64,000 nt of DNA from assembly GCA_964016885.1 (NCBI GenBank), contig OZ024752.1:36332001-36396000 (forward strand). Reading direction: 5' to 3'. The notes under the pieces were generated by a model that made no database searches, was not told where the DNA came from, and worked only from the letters and a program-made list of their open reading frames with translations. The position numbers and the translations under genes were made by a program. Source of the DNA: Eledone cirrhosa. Taxonomy: Eukaryota. Positions 40,650 to 53,789 of the stretch are shown one piece after another; within the stretch, counting starts at the first letter, position 1; each line of letters begins with the position of its first letter.

Positions 40650-40973
40650 AATACTGCTCGTGTTGAATATAACAAAATGGTGAAAACCAACGCTGAAAAT
40701 TCTAACAAAGATTGTTTTGTTGAAAATCATACACCTAGTATTATATCACCATTAAGTGGTATTCCATTCAAACTTGCACCACATTTAGAAATCCTTTCAA
40801 ATTATTTAGACTTTGAAATTCCTAATATTCCAGATGGAACCAATTCTCTATGTAATTATAAATATGATTTTAATTTTGAAAAATCATTACTACGAGACTT
40901 GGACCAGACTAGCAGTAGTGAAAGTATCACCCCCACAGAACCCTTTCAAATGCAAGACCTAATAACTTTTTGA
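40650..40973 (+). CDS. UMAD1: UMAD1 coding exon 2 (UMA domain, stop)
   Basis: Long pyrimidine tract + AG. NTARVEYNKM...PLSGIPFKLAPHL...YKYDFNFEKSLL matches the UMA domain motifs (L..VPF.LAPH / YDF.LE.SVL). Total 169 aa; candidate AATAAA at 42403 and 42412. Confidence 0.9.
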   Translation, partial: NTARVEYNKMVKTNAENSNKDCFVENHTPSIISPLSGIPFKLAPHLEILSNYLDFEIPNIPDGTNSLCNYKYDFNFEKSLLRDLDQTSSSESITPTEPFQMQDLITF

Positions 40974-41098
40974 AATCTCATCCACAATATATTTTAAGTT
41001 GCCATAAATATTTGAATGTGTGTAAATACAGACAATGTCGCTCTTTACTGTGTATATATACATTCACTGTCATTGCTGAATACTCATACAAACAATAT

Positions 41099-41132
<34 letters not shown>

Positions 41133-41599
41133 TATATATACACACATATATATATATATATCATCATGATCATCATCATCATCGTTTAACGTCTATCTTC
41201 CACGCTTGCATGGGTTTGGACGGGAATTTTCCCACTTGAGGCAAGATTGGTTGACTTTCTCGTATAGGACTTTCTGGCGGGTTTTCTACGGCTGGATGCC
41301 CTTCCTAACACCAACCACATTTATGGTGTGGAACTGGGAGGTTTTTACCGTGTTACCTACACGGCCACATTACAGCGTGGACTGTGTGTTTTTTTGTCGT
41401 GACACCTACACGACCTCATTTGTTTCGGCCTGGATGTTGTGGTTCCAACATAACTTTATATTGAAAGAGGTGGTGTGGATGGGGTAATATACATGTAATA
41501 AATAATAGGGAATCCGGAAAGCCAGTACAATGCAGATAGAAATATAAAGGTGGTACTGGGGGTAAAAGGATGGCAAAACTAAATAATATGATATCTCAA

Positions 41600-41830
41600 A
41601 CAAATATAGATAAGAGATGTTCTGTGCTGTGCACACGTGGAACAAAGAACACATGTCTACAAGTGCTTCTACTGTCAAAAGATACCTGGAAAAATGCCAC
41701 AACCTAGACATTGAGCTCACCATAGAGATGACAGAGAGGAATGTGGGGAATTTACAAATTAAAGAATCTATAATCATAAACATGAAGGAGCTACAAATCA
41801 ACAATAGAACAGAGCTACATGTAACAGAGT
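41600..41830 (+). mobile_element. Decayed GIY-YIG endonuclease fragment of a Penelope-like retroelement
   Basis: KYR*EMFCAVHTWNKEH...STVKRYLEKC...ERNVGNLQIKESIIINMKELQINNRTE resembles YIGETxRxLxxRxxEH...SAVxxH...LxIxExxxIxxxxPxLN, with a stop and substitutions. Confidence 0.6.
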
Positions 41831-41999
41831 GGCTATTGTGGATGTTCTGTGCATCTTACACTTCCCCCAACAGTCAGTCACACACACAAAATACAGGAAA
41901 AGTTCATGGGGACAGAATGTTTCATTTTTCTGCATTTATTTGAAAATATCTTTACTTTGAAATATCATGAAGAAATATTTTGGATAAGAACATTATGTG

Positions 42000-42240
42000 T
42001 TGGCAATGTTGCCTATGAATATTTGTATGTATAGGCAGTGTTGCCTATGAATATTTATATGTATAGGCAGTGTTGCTCTTGAATATTTATATGTATAGGC
42101 AGTGTTGCCTATGAACCTTTCTATATATAGGCAGTGTTGCCTATGAATTTGTATGTGTAGGTAAAGTTGCCTATGAATTTGTATGTATAGGCAGTGTTGC
42201 CTTTGAATATTTGCATGTGTAGGCAGTGTTGCTTATAACT
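42000..42240. repeat. ~30-bp tandem repeat with an internal hairpin, ~8 copies
   Basis: Unit gtataggcagtgttgcctatgaat(a)tttatat; ataggca-gtgt-tgcctat forms a 7-bp stem. Confidence 0.88.
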
Positions 42241-45200
42241 ATAGGGCATCTGCTGCTGTAGAATGTTTGTGGTAAGAGGTAAAATATAACGATGATGATG
42301 ATGCCTTCTGAACAATATTTATACTAGTGTGGACATGGTTGAAATGAAAACAATTCTGTATTTTAATATAAGAAAAAATGTTTCCACTTTTACTTTCAGA
42401 TAAATAAAAGAAATAAAGTAATATTTTTCATGGTTTATCTATTGAAAAACAATTGAATTACAATTGTTTGTTTTTGTTTACTTTTTTTAATCAAGAAGAA
42501 AAGACAGGGGAGACAACCCCAAAATATTTAAATTAATTTTAAAAAAAATGAAATAATAATAATGAAAATTATTATGTACAGTGCTTAGGTACACTAAACG
42601 CATCAAAAGTGCATGTATAATACACAGAATAATGTACAAAATTATTGTTATCTAATCATATAAAAGTCAACCATATTTCTTCATAGACAACAGATTGCCA
42701 TCTGTTAATCAAGGTATTATCTTGAACATTGTAAATGTTACAATTAGGAAATTAAGGTTTCAACAGTATTGTTTTGATTCACATATCCACTTTACAGAGT
42801 GAACTGAGTGTGTTTTACCATAGCATCATCACCACTTTACAGATTGGACTGGGTGTGTTTTATCGTGGCACCAGCACTAGGCAATTTGTCACATGATCGT
42901 ACAAACTGTAGGGTCCTCTTAAGATCCCATATTGTCTCTGAAGCCTCCTGTCTTTCACCAATGCTTTACATAAACATTTTTATGATAAACAAGAGTATGA
43001 TTTTGTCTTTTTTTTCTTGAAAGTCCCAAACAAGGCGTGAAGCCATTTAATGTAAGGAACTATGAAGAAAGGGACATTAAGATGAAAGGATGAATTTATT
43101 TTAGAAAGAATTCGTCATAAGGAGGAAAACAATGAAATGGAAGAGAATTCCAAAGTTTGGTAGTTCAAGAAAAAAAGGCTATGACTATAGGAAGACTTCC
43201 ATACTTGTATCCCCACTCTCTGCGTCAGTCCATCCTCACTCATAGTTCAAGAAAAAAAGGCTATGACTATAGGAAGACTTTCATACTTGTGGAACCACAA
43301 GAGCATCAGGATGGAGATGCTGTGAGTTTCGAGTTAGATGAAACAGCACAAAACGATCTGGAACAACAAGAGAAAGTTCATCAGAGCGTTTCCTGGGGTA
43401 ACATTTACATCAGTAACATGCAAAATATAAGGATTAGAGTGCAATGAAGAATCACAGTGTGCAGTCACGGCATCCAGTTGTAGAAAGCTTACCAAACAAA
43501 GTTGGGAGGACCCTTTAGTTGTGTCAAGGACATGACAGCTGCCCTAGTACTGGAGACCTACAAAATAAAAGTACTCAGTACACACTGTAAAGTGGTTGGT
43601 GTTAAAAAGGGTATCTAGCTGTTGAAAGCTTGTGTCTAAAGACAACTTATCTGCACTCGATATAACATATGACCATCTGTGAGATGCAGATTTCTTGACG
43701 TATCTGTTAGGTCAGTAACCCGACTTCAGTATTGACTTGGTCTGTGTAGACCTGTTCAACCCTTGCTAGCAGGGAAAGTGGCTTCTGTTCAAACTGGCTG
43801 TAACTGGCCGCTCATACTGATGTTAAGATATTGTTCTCAAAATAAATAATATAAAAATCTCATAGATTTTCAATACTATGTGAGATAATTATGTAAGATA
43901 AAGCCTTTTATGTGAAAATACAATAGTAAATATAGAGTAATGTAAATGCTAAAAGGGTTAAATGTGTAACAAAGTTTCAATCTGGATTGAAAACCAGGAA
44001 TATCTTGATTTCTTTATACATGGTCTGGGGAGAAACAGCTGACATCAACCAATAAATTGTATCATAAACAACAGGTGTTTTTCGGGAGGGGGGGGGGGAT
44101 AAGACAACAGATGTTGGTAATAACAGGTGTTTTTTTGGTGGGGAGGCTACTTGGCAAAAGTGACAGGTGATTCTGTTATCCACAATCAGACCTGCATGAT
44201 TTCTGATGGATTGGCAGTATCGGTAGAGCGTCAGACAACATGCTTTGCAACACAGAGTTATGGCTCTTTACATTCTGAGTTCAAATCTCGTCGAGGTTAA
44301 CTTTGCCTTTCATCCTTACAGGGGACGATAAAATAAAGTACCAGTAATGCACTGGGGTCATTGCTGGCTTTGTGCCAAATATAGAAACAATTATATAAAG
44401 AGGTTTGAAAATAAAGTACCAGTAATGCACTAGGGTCATTGCTGGCTTTGAGCCAAATATAGAAACAATTATATAAAGAGGTTTGTAAGCCAAACACATG
44501 AGTTGACATTTGTTTGAGGTAGGGGAGGGCGTTCTTCTCTGAAGACCTTCTGCAGTCCAACACTTCTGAGAATGTTTTTCCACTTAACAATGTTACAGTT
44601 AGCTGTTATCTCAAATCCTAGATGCTACCTACACACGCAGATCATCATCATCATCATTTAACATCCATCTTCAATGCTAGCATGGGTTGGACAGATTTGT
44701 CCCACTTGGGGCAAGATTGGTCGGATGGCCGTGTCTCGCTTGTTCAGAACTTTCTGGCAGCTTTTCTACGGCTAGATGCCCTTCCTCTAACACCAACCAC
44801 ATTTACAGTGCGGACTGGGAGCCTTTTTACCATGTCTCCTACACGACCACATTACAGTGTGGATTGGGTGCTTTTTGTCGTGTCTCATACATGACCACTT
44901 CACAGTGTGGACTGGGTGCTTTTTGTCGTGTCGCCTTCACAACCATTTTACAGTGGGAGGATGGAGTAGGGGGTGGGATGTGGAGTGTATGTTGGTTTAA
45001 GAGGTGCCTACTGGCTGTAGGTTTAAGTTCATATGTAAGGGAAGGCTGGTCTTCTGTACAACTGCATAACGTCAAAGATCTTGATCCAGTGACATTGTCA
45101 TACACATTTCATTCTTAGAAATATGGTCTCTTGGAAAAGTTAAAATTTTAGGGACATAGTTAGTTCTGAGAATGGTTTAAATTTTAAGGATGTAGTCCTG

Positions 45201-45528
45201 AGAAAGGTTTTAATTTTTACGGATGTAGTCCTTGGGAAAAATTTAAACTTTAAAAGGAATAAGACACAGAAGAGCTGACAGGAGGAGAACTTGGTGCCAG
45301 AAAAACAAGTTTAATATTAAAATTCTATGGAAAATAGATGTAAAAGAGGGTAGGTTGCTTCTGACAGGACTCACTGGAAGGAGTGATTGTGGACTCTTCC
45401 CCCACGACCCTCTCAGGAATAAGTGAGCGAAGAAGAATATATATATATATATATATATATTAGATATATATATATATATATATATATATGCATATATATA
45501 TATACACACACACATATATATATATATA

Positions 45529-45656
45529 CAGTGAAATTCCATTATAACGAAATTCACAGGTTTTTTTTTAAAATCAAGTGTTTGTTTGCTATTACCTCGG
45601 GGATTGAAAAAAATTCATTATACCGAAAAATTCGTTATAACGGAATTTTACCTCTG
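45529..45656. mobile_element. pogo/Tigger-type MITE inside (TA)n
   Basis: TIRs cagtgaaattccattataacgaa / ttcgttataacggaattttacctctg, TA flanks. Confidence 0.75.
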
Positions 45657-47760
45657 TATATATATATATATATATAATTTAATACAATAATTTTTTATAT
45701 ATATATATATATGACCCCAACAGCAGAGTTCAAGCCGTTTCGACGGCTATTTCTGGACTAAATTTTAGTCCAGAAATAGCCGTCGAAACGGCTTGAGCTC
45801 TGCCGTTGGGGTCATACATTTTCCTATTACCCACTCTACTACCCTAAGTATTGAGTACTCTGGTGCGTTGTGGTCCATCTGGTTCCTTACCACACCTCCT
45901 TCGTTATATATATGTATATATATATATATATATATACCTGGAGTTGCGACCGATAGATAGTATTAGCAACTGGAAAGACCAACGGAAACATTGTTTCCTC
46001 GGTTCGATTTGACGAAAGTCGATCGATCCTTTATATATATACGTGATGGCCACGAATGGATTGCATATATTCATAGTTTTGCTAGGATAAAAAACTTTTT
46101 TATTTACATACATCTTGTAAAATATATTGCATAGTTTGGATTAGTCTAGGAATTTTATCGAAATATATCGCAAATTCTTTTTAACATTTTCCACATATTT
46201 CCTCTTGGATATAAATTCAATCGCTTCCTCCCCAAAAATATATCATTATTAGGGTCGGACGCCATGCTTTGACGCATAGATTTAAGGTCCTTGCCATTCT
46301 GAGTTCAAATCCCGCCGAGGTTAACTTTGCCTTTCATCCTTACGGGGTCGATAAAATAAAGTACCAGTAATGCACTGGGTAATTGTTGGCCTTGTGCCTA
46401 AAGTAGAAACAATTATTATTATTAACATTATTAGACTAAATATCATAATTATTTAGTTCCATATCAGCTCTAATCAAACAGGCCTATGAACAAAGGTGTT
46501 ACAGCCGTGACCATCCCATATTATTTTACAAATATAGTATATACAGTCTAAGATTACATTATCCAATGTATACTTTCTTTTTTATTATTTTAAAGACAAT
46601 AAATAAGGTATAGTTTGAGGGGTAATTTTGCTTCTATTTCCACAAAGTCAAGTAACCACGTAGTGAGGCTCCATCGTTTTATTATTATTGGACTGGCAGT
46701 AGAATCGGTAGAGCGGCGGACAACGTGCTTTACAACATATAGTTACGGCCTTTTATGTTCTGAGTTCAAATCCCGTTGAGGTTAGCTTTGACTTTCATGC
46801 TTACGGGGTCGATAAAATAAAGTACCAGTAACACACTGGGTTCACTGGGACCGATTTAATCGACTTACCCTTTCCCCAAAATTGTTGGCCTTGTGCCTAA
46901 ATCAAAAACAATTAAAAAATAAAGTACCAGTAACGCACTGAGGTCCATTTAATCGACCCCCTCCCTCCAAAAAAAGAAACCATTATCATAATTTTTTTTT
47001 TTCAATATAACATTTTTTACTGTAAATACTTTTGTTTGTAAGGTTTCAAAAGTTAGGGACGTGTTTTTTTTTTAATTATCTAAGACATATTTATCCCTGC
47101 AGCTACTACTACTGTTGTTACAAATACTACTACTGTTGTTACAAATACTACTACTGCTGTTATAAATATTACTACTATTGCTACCACTACGACTGCTGCT
47201 GCTAGAAATACTACAACTGCTGCTGTTGTTGTATTTCGCTGTTACTAGTTTTACTACTGCTACGATAGTGTACACAACACAATGGACAATCTGGTGGGCT
47301 CTCGTTTATTTCTCTACCTCTTTCTTTGTTATTGTTATTAATGTTGTTATCAATTCAAACCCCACCCGAGGTTTACCTTTGTCTTTCATCCTTTCGAGGA
47401 GGGGGTTGTAGTACCAGTAACGCACTAGGGGTCAAATTAATAGCCTTTCCCCTCTTCCCTTTAAATTGGTAGCCTTGTGCCACCAAATGTAGAAACAATT
47501 AATATTGTTATGTGGTTCTTGTTTGGTTTTACTGGTCATGTTTTTTAGCCATAAACCTTCGGGTTTTTAATGATAATAATTATAATGTCATTTTTGAAAA
47601 ATGGTGAAAAGAAGTTAGTTAATTTGTCATGGGAAGTTGTGGTGGACAAATGTTATAAATCTTGCCAAAAAACACACAACTATTAATTGTACTACCGGTA
47701 GATCAATAATTATATGAATGATATTAATAAATTGCTGTGTCTTCTTTATGTTTCTGGCAG

Positions 47761-47862
47761 ACTTCAGAAGATTGGGATGTTTTATGCAGTACTGCTAGCG
47801 AAAAGAAAGCCAAAAAGAGTCATAGAAGATCAGTTTCTTTGGGACATCATGACCAACTGCAG
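47761..47862 (+). CDS. GLCCI1: GLCCI1/FAM117-family protein, internal exon
   Basis: tttctggcAG / GTatga; TSEDWDVLCSTASEKKAKKSHRRSVSLGHHDQLQ matches the family motif T...W......H.RS.S.G..DQL; phase 0-0; frame not shown in the ORF track. Confidence 0.8.
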
Positions 47863-50510
47863 GTATGAACACTTGCCTAATTCAATTGGAATTTTTCTTT
47901 TTCTCTAATATAATAAATACCCCCTGCTTCGGTATCAACGGAATTTCTTTGTCTGTTTCTACAACCGTCCTTCTTTCTTCTGTCTCTCTAAAATATATCT
48001 AACTCGCTTTTCATTCATTTTTTCCCCCCTCTTGCTAACTTTATTTACTTCATTATTCCATTATATTATATTTTCTCGGTTACATTTACATTACGAATTA
48101 ATGCTACAATGGATAATGTTTCAATTGTCGTCTTAAATCGAATAAATTCTCCCTTTGAAAGTGTTTTTTACTCTCACTTACTGTTACATACTTTGGGTCG
48201 TTCGTCTATCTTACTATTTGTATAACTGCATTTTAAGGGCTTTACTTCAAATCATAACATTCGGTTTTATTCGAGAACAAATTTAATATCCAGATGATGT
48301 TGATGTCTTAGAAGCGATAGTCAAAAGCCTCATGTCGACTCTTGTATCAGACGAATTTATGATGAACACCACATTCCTGTCTCTGTTCGATATTCAAATC
48401 AATGTTTTCTTTATTCTTCTCATCTTTAGCTGTTTTCTTTCATGTTTGAACAGGTCGACAGTTTTGGATTTCACGTTTAAACGTACCATACAAATATGTG
48501 AAAACTATTGCTTAATATATATATATATTATATATATATATTATATATTTCGTTTTATTTAATATTAGAAACGTTGTGTGCTATAATGAAGAAATATATT
48601 TATCCATCTCTTTCATTTAATTGGTGTTGTCAGTGTCTTGAATGACATGTACTATTATTAGAAAATGTAAGGTCAACTCATACCAAACGAGTTGTCGTGC
48701 ACCTGCTCCTTTATATTAGTGAAGTTTCGCAATCTTAACAGAATACACTGAAATATACAATCGTGTATAGATAATGCATTAAATGTAAACACATTTCTCT
48801 TCGTTTTCTTTTTTTCTTTCTATTTTTTTTTTTTTTTTTTTAGCTCTTCATTCCGACTACAGTAAATAATAATAACAATAATAAAGTGGAAATATTTAGA
48901 AAAGATACCGATTGAATTGAATTTCAATGAATTCAGTTGTAATACTTGATAACAAAAACAAAATCATTATATAAGTACATTTTAGCATCAGTCGGCTTTG
49001 ATCAATCACCACTGTTATAATGTTATCAGCCTGTTGATCTACAAGTTCTAGATTTTTCTAGATAAATCATAACTAAATCATACTTAGTTGTCTCGGGGGA
49101 CAATCTTAAACTCTTATAATAAAAAAAAAAAAAAAAAGCATCCAGCTGGTTGTTGATCATTAGATTCACAAATCTATGCTTAGTGGTTTATATATATATA
49201 TTGTGCATATGTATGTGTGTCTATATAAAATGTGTGTGTGTGTGTATATATATACTAGTATAGCACTCGTAAGAAAATGACGGTTTATGGTAAAACAAAT
49301 ATTTTATTTAATAATTCCTTGATTGCATCATTCTATATAAAAATGCTTGAATCCTCGATATTCCTTGACCCCCCCCCCCTCTCCACCACCACATCGAGTC
49401 ACTCCGGCGATCGCCGTATTTCATTATACATTTAAATCAACTACAACTAGTTGCTTCCACATTATCTTTGGTCATTATCAAACGTCTCCACTAAATTACG
49501 ATGGCTTTGTCCTACCTATGTATGTACGCATATTTGTGTGTATGTATATGTGTGTGTGTGTGCATGTATGTATGTATGCGTAGTGACATGGAAATACTTG
49601 CTTTGGTACCTGAGTGCAGTTATCTCACCCACCGGGAGTGAGAGACTCCTAGTCCTTGTTAGGACATCATTCTAGAAGAAAGAAAACACTGATGTAAAAC
49701 CTGCAACTCGATGGCAGCCAATTATGTTGACCTGTTCTTTTTTTTTTTTTTTTTTTTTTTTTTGATACCTGTCACCATTATTCAGAGAGTGGGATTCGTC
49801 CAGTGCAATGCTTTTCTTCACTTAAAAAAAGCTTCAAGCACAGGCATCACCTGATCTAAACAACTTTCATGTGTGATGCGTGAGCATGGTCTTTTCTTTT
49901 TTTCTCCTTCACTGCAGCATATGCAGAAAAGAATCTTGGCAGGGCTAAAAGGTCAAGTTCATGCCACCCATGTATGAGGAAAAGGTCAAGGGATTGCAAT
50001 TCTTGCAACCAAAATGCAGCTATTATATGTATGTATGGCCTACTATTGGGATTTGGGCTTTGTTGTTCTTGTCCGAAGATAGATATATTAGTAAATATAC
50101 ATAATAAATTAAAAATTGGGCAGACACAGTTGTAGGTATAGATAGATAGGAAGGTAGTTAGGTAGACAGATAGATAGACATATAGATATTTAGTCAGAGA
50201 GATAGTGGTAGACAGGCAGACATAGGTAGATAAATAGATGGATAGACAGAGAAATAGATAGATAGAAAAAGATACTAATAGACGAACAGATAGACAGATG
50301 AATAGATACACAGATGGATAGATAGGTGTTGTAGTATTTATTGCCTGAAGATAGATAAATAGATAAACAAAGAGGGTGTGGTAAGATACCAGGTGGACCA
50401 TAACGCACCAGAGTACTCAATACTTTGGGTAGTAGAATCTTTAGTTCAGATCTAGCTGTCGAAATGACCGGAGCTCAGCCATTGGGGTCCTGACTCTTTT
50501 CCTAAATAGA

Positions 50511-51592
50511 TAGATATGTTTCTTTATTAGCCACAGGGGCACAAAAGAAGGGGACAAATACAAAGGGGGAAGTTTACATACAATAAAAACGTGTAAAATG
50601 TTATCACAAATGGAATTTAAAAAATCATAGATATATTTCTTTATTAGCCACAGGGGCACAAAAGAAGGGGACAAATACAAAGGGGGAAGTTTACATACAA
50701 TAAAAACGTGTAAAATGTTATCACAGATGGAATTTAAAAGTTAGTCGATTTTCCCCAATAGAGGGAGACAGTTTATATGGGTAACACAGACCCCCGAAAA
50801 AAAATGTGCAACCCTCATCTCCAGGAGTACGAAGAGCTTGTACTCCTTTCCTCTCCTCCTCCTTTTCCTCAACCTACAGGCTGATATAGAGAGAAGGCCC
50901 ATTCACTCGGGCCATTCTCGCCACTTTCACCCACCTTTCATAAAACTTGCTGGGGTACAGCACCTCTCTCTCCATCCTGATTCTTCTTCCAAAGTGGTAT
51001 TTGAAAAAAAGAATCAGTTGTTGGCCGGAGAGAAAGGTGTCTGACCTCAGCCCTTTCAACCTTGTCCACCATACAACCTCTTTCGCCATAGCTATCACAC
51101 AAAGGAAAACCGCCTCTCCTTCGTTTTTGAAGGAGGGTGGCGGTTTGATCATGACAATGGACTCGGTGGTCAACTGGATTGGTCCCACCCGCGACAATAG
51201 TCGTTCTACATATCCCCACAGGTCAGTGACGCCCGGGCAGTGTATGAATGCGTGCGCGACGGTTTCTTCGTCTCGCACGCACCTCGGACAGATCTTTTTT
51301 GCAGGGTCCCTGGCCGGGCGCCCATGTCTGTAGAGCTTGTCTCGAACTGGTAGAGCTCCTCGGTAGCACTGCCAGGCCAGGGACTTTTGGAAGTTGTCCA
51401 TCGGTCCCGGGCGGAAGGTCCTACCGAACAGACTGGCCAGTTCATCTTCCTCCACGCCTAGAGTTTCACCGAGCGCGTCGTCGCACTTGCTGCGGACCAA
51501 CCCTCTATAGAATGACGAAGTGGAGTCTCCACTGATCGCCGGGTCCGCCTGCCAGAGGGCTGTGAGCGCCTGAGCACATTCGATGTGCCAGC
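50511..51592 (-). mobile_element. 5'-truncated Tx1/L1-clade LINE: ORF2 C-terminus (zf-RVT CCHC) and 3' UTR
   Basis: Intact frame ...SLAWQCYRGALPVRDKL...CPRCVRDEETVAHAFIHCPGV..LW..., stop at 50874; GC-rich; 3' UTR with AATAAA; both ends abut (GATA)n. Confidence 0.9.
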
Positions 51593-53789
51593 ATAGATAG
51601 ATAGATAGATAGCTACTTGGTCTCTTTAAAATAATAATACTGATATGAGCTTCAGACTTCACCCAGATTTAACAATGTTTGAGTGGTAGGCAGTGGCATA
51701 TTACTGGGGGTGCAGCTTCACCCCCCACCCCCCAAAAAAATTTGTTGGAAAATTATGAATGTCTGCATCCTCCACATTTGATAGGAGTAAAATGTTTATG
51801 GTGGTGGAGAAGGATAATATCCATAAAAATGTCATGGGAGAAAGGTTTTCTATTTTACTGATGGTTTATTGAACCTAGAATTATTTTAATCAAGAAAAAT
51901 AGGTTGTTTACAAATATTGAATGTTCTGCTAAAAAATCGATAACTATTTATCAGAAAATAATAACAATGGTATAGATACAAGGCCATACAGATATTGTTG
52001 TTGATCCAAATCAATGAGATTTCGGACCTTATTTGTTTAACAAGTGGGCTGGAACTCGTCAGATCAAACCAAGAAAACAATGTTTCCATTGGTCTTTCTA
52101 ATTGCTGATACTATCTACCGGTCGCAACTCCTGACAGATATATATTTGTTGGGGACTGGAAAGGAGATTAACAAAGAAGGAAGCACAAAGGGAAATAATA
52201 AAGGATTACATTTCAAACTTTATTACAAGTGAAATCATTCAGCAAAACTATAATTAGTCAATTTTAATCTGCCATTATCTCAGCTAGATCTGACAAAGTT
52301 TAAAGTATATCAGAAACTGAATCATCATCACTATCATCATCATTTTAATATCTAATTTCCCTGTTAGCAAGGGTTGAACGGGTTTACATAGACCATGTCA
52401 GTACTGAAGTGGCACTACTAACCTCTCAGACAGGCCGGGAGTCTGTATCTTGCTTATGTACTGTTTCACATTCTATTGAATGCACAGGAGAGGTTGTCAT
52501 GTCTTTGACACAACTGAAGAGTCATCCCAACTCTTTGTTTGGCAAGCTTTCTATGGCTAGATGCCCTTCCTATCACCAACCACTTTATAACATATGATGG
52601 GTGTGTTATTGTGTAAATCACCAACACTAGGTAGTCTGTCATGTTCTTGACATGACTGTAGGGTCTTCCCAACATTTTGTTTGGCAAGCTTTCTGTAGCT
52701 GGATGCCCTTCTTATCACCAATCACTTTACAGCATGTACTGGGTGCATTTATTGTGTAGATCACCAACACTAGTGAGGCCATCATGTCCTTGACATGACT
52801 GAAGAGTCCTTAAAGAGTATGTTCTTGTGGAGACTACCCAGAAAATCTATGGCATTATTTGTTCTAATGTAAAAACTAAGTCTGAGAGAGAAGAGACCTT
52901 GAAGCTGATCGTGAAACAATTACCAAGTTTGGCAGTACAGTATATTGTCAAAGATCTACCAACTATAGACAAGTTCTAGTAAATGGAAGCCCCAGAAAGA
53001 TTCAACAGAGATATTTAACTAGTCTTTGATTGGCAGTACAATATATTGTCAAAGATCTACCAACTATAAACTATATATTTCAGTAAATGGAGGCTCTGGA
53101 AAGATTAAACAGAAACTTTTAATTGCTTTATAGTTGTCTTTGTTTATTTTTCCACTTGTTTTTCTTATTTTTGCTTCTTTTGCCTAGTTTTCTTTCTCTT
53201 TTCTTTCTCCCTCTCTCTCTCTGTTTCTCCTTCTCTCTGTTTCTCTCTCACTCTCTCTTGTTTTTTTGTCTTAATTATATGTGCTATCTAAGTAAGTCTC
53301 TCCTAGTCTGTCATGGCTTACTAGCTCTATACAATCAGTTAAATTGATTAAATAAATAAGTAGCTATAGATAGCTGATGTTTGTCTAACTACTGACCATC
53401 TTGTCAATATTGTGGTGAGAGAGGTAGGGAGGAAATTATCAAATAATTATTCCCCCCAACAAATCTAATACAGTGTTTGTCACATAACACAGTTTCTCTT
53501 ACCAAGATGTCTGCTCAGTATTGATAGTCATGAGAATGAATACTCAGTACCATGGTTTAGAGATTATTTTCTTTATTAAACCTTTAGCATTTACATTACT
53601 CTATATTTGCTATTGTATTTCCATGGTAAAGGCTGTATCTCACATAATATTGAATCTATGAGATTTTGATATTATTTATTTTGAGAACAATATGTTAACA
53701 GTAGTATGAGCGTCCAGTTATGGCCGGTTTGACCAGAAAGATGAGAGAATTCTAGCCAGATATGGCCGGTTTAAGTGCTAAAGGGTTAA

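Noticed and set aside
42030-42240. Iron-responsive elements (CAGTGT in hairpins)
   Set aside because: The best fold pairs the CA, leaving a 4-nt loop; there is no 5-bp upper stem with a bulged C as an IRE requires.
43157-43447. 96-aa ORF as the missing GLCCI1 N-terminus
   Set aside because: No FAM117 motifs, contains an internal direct duplication, non-ATG start, and ends in a stop.
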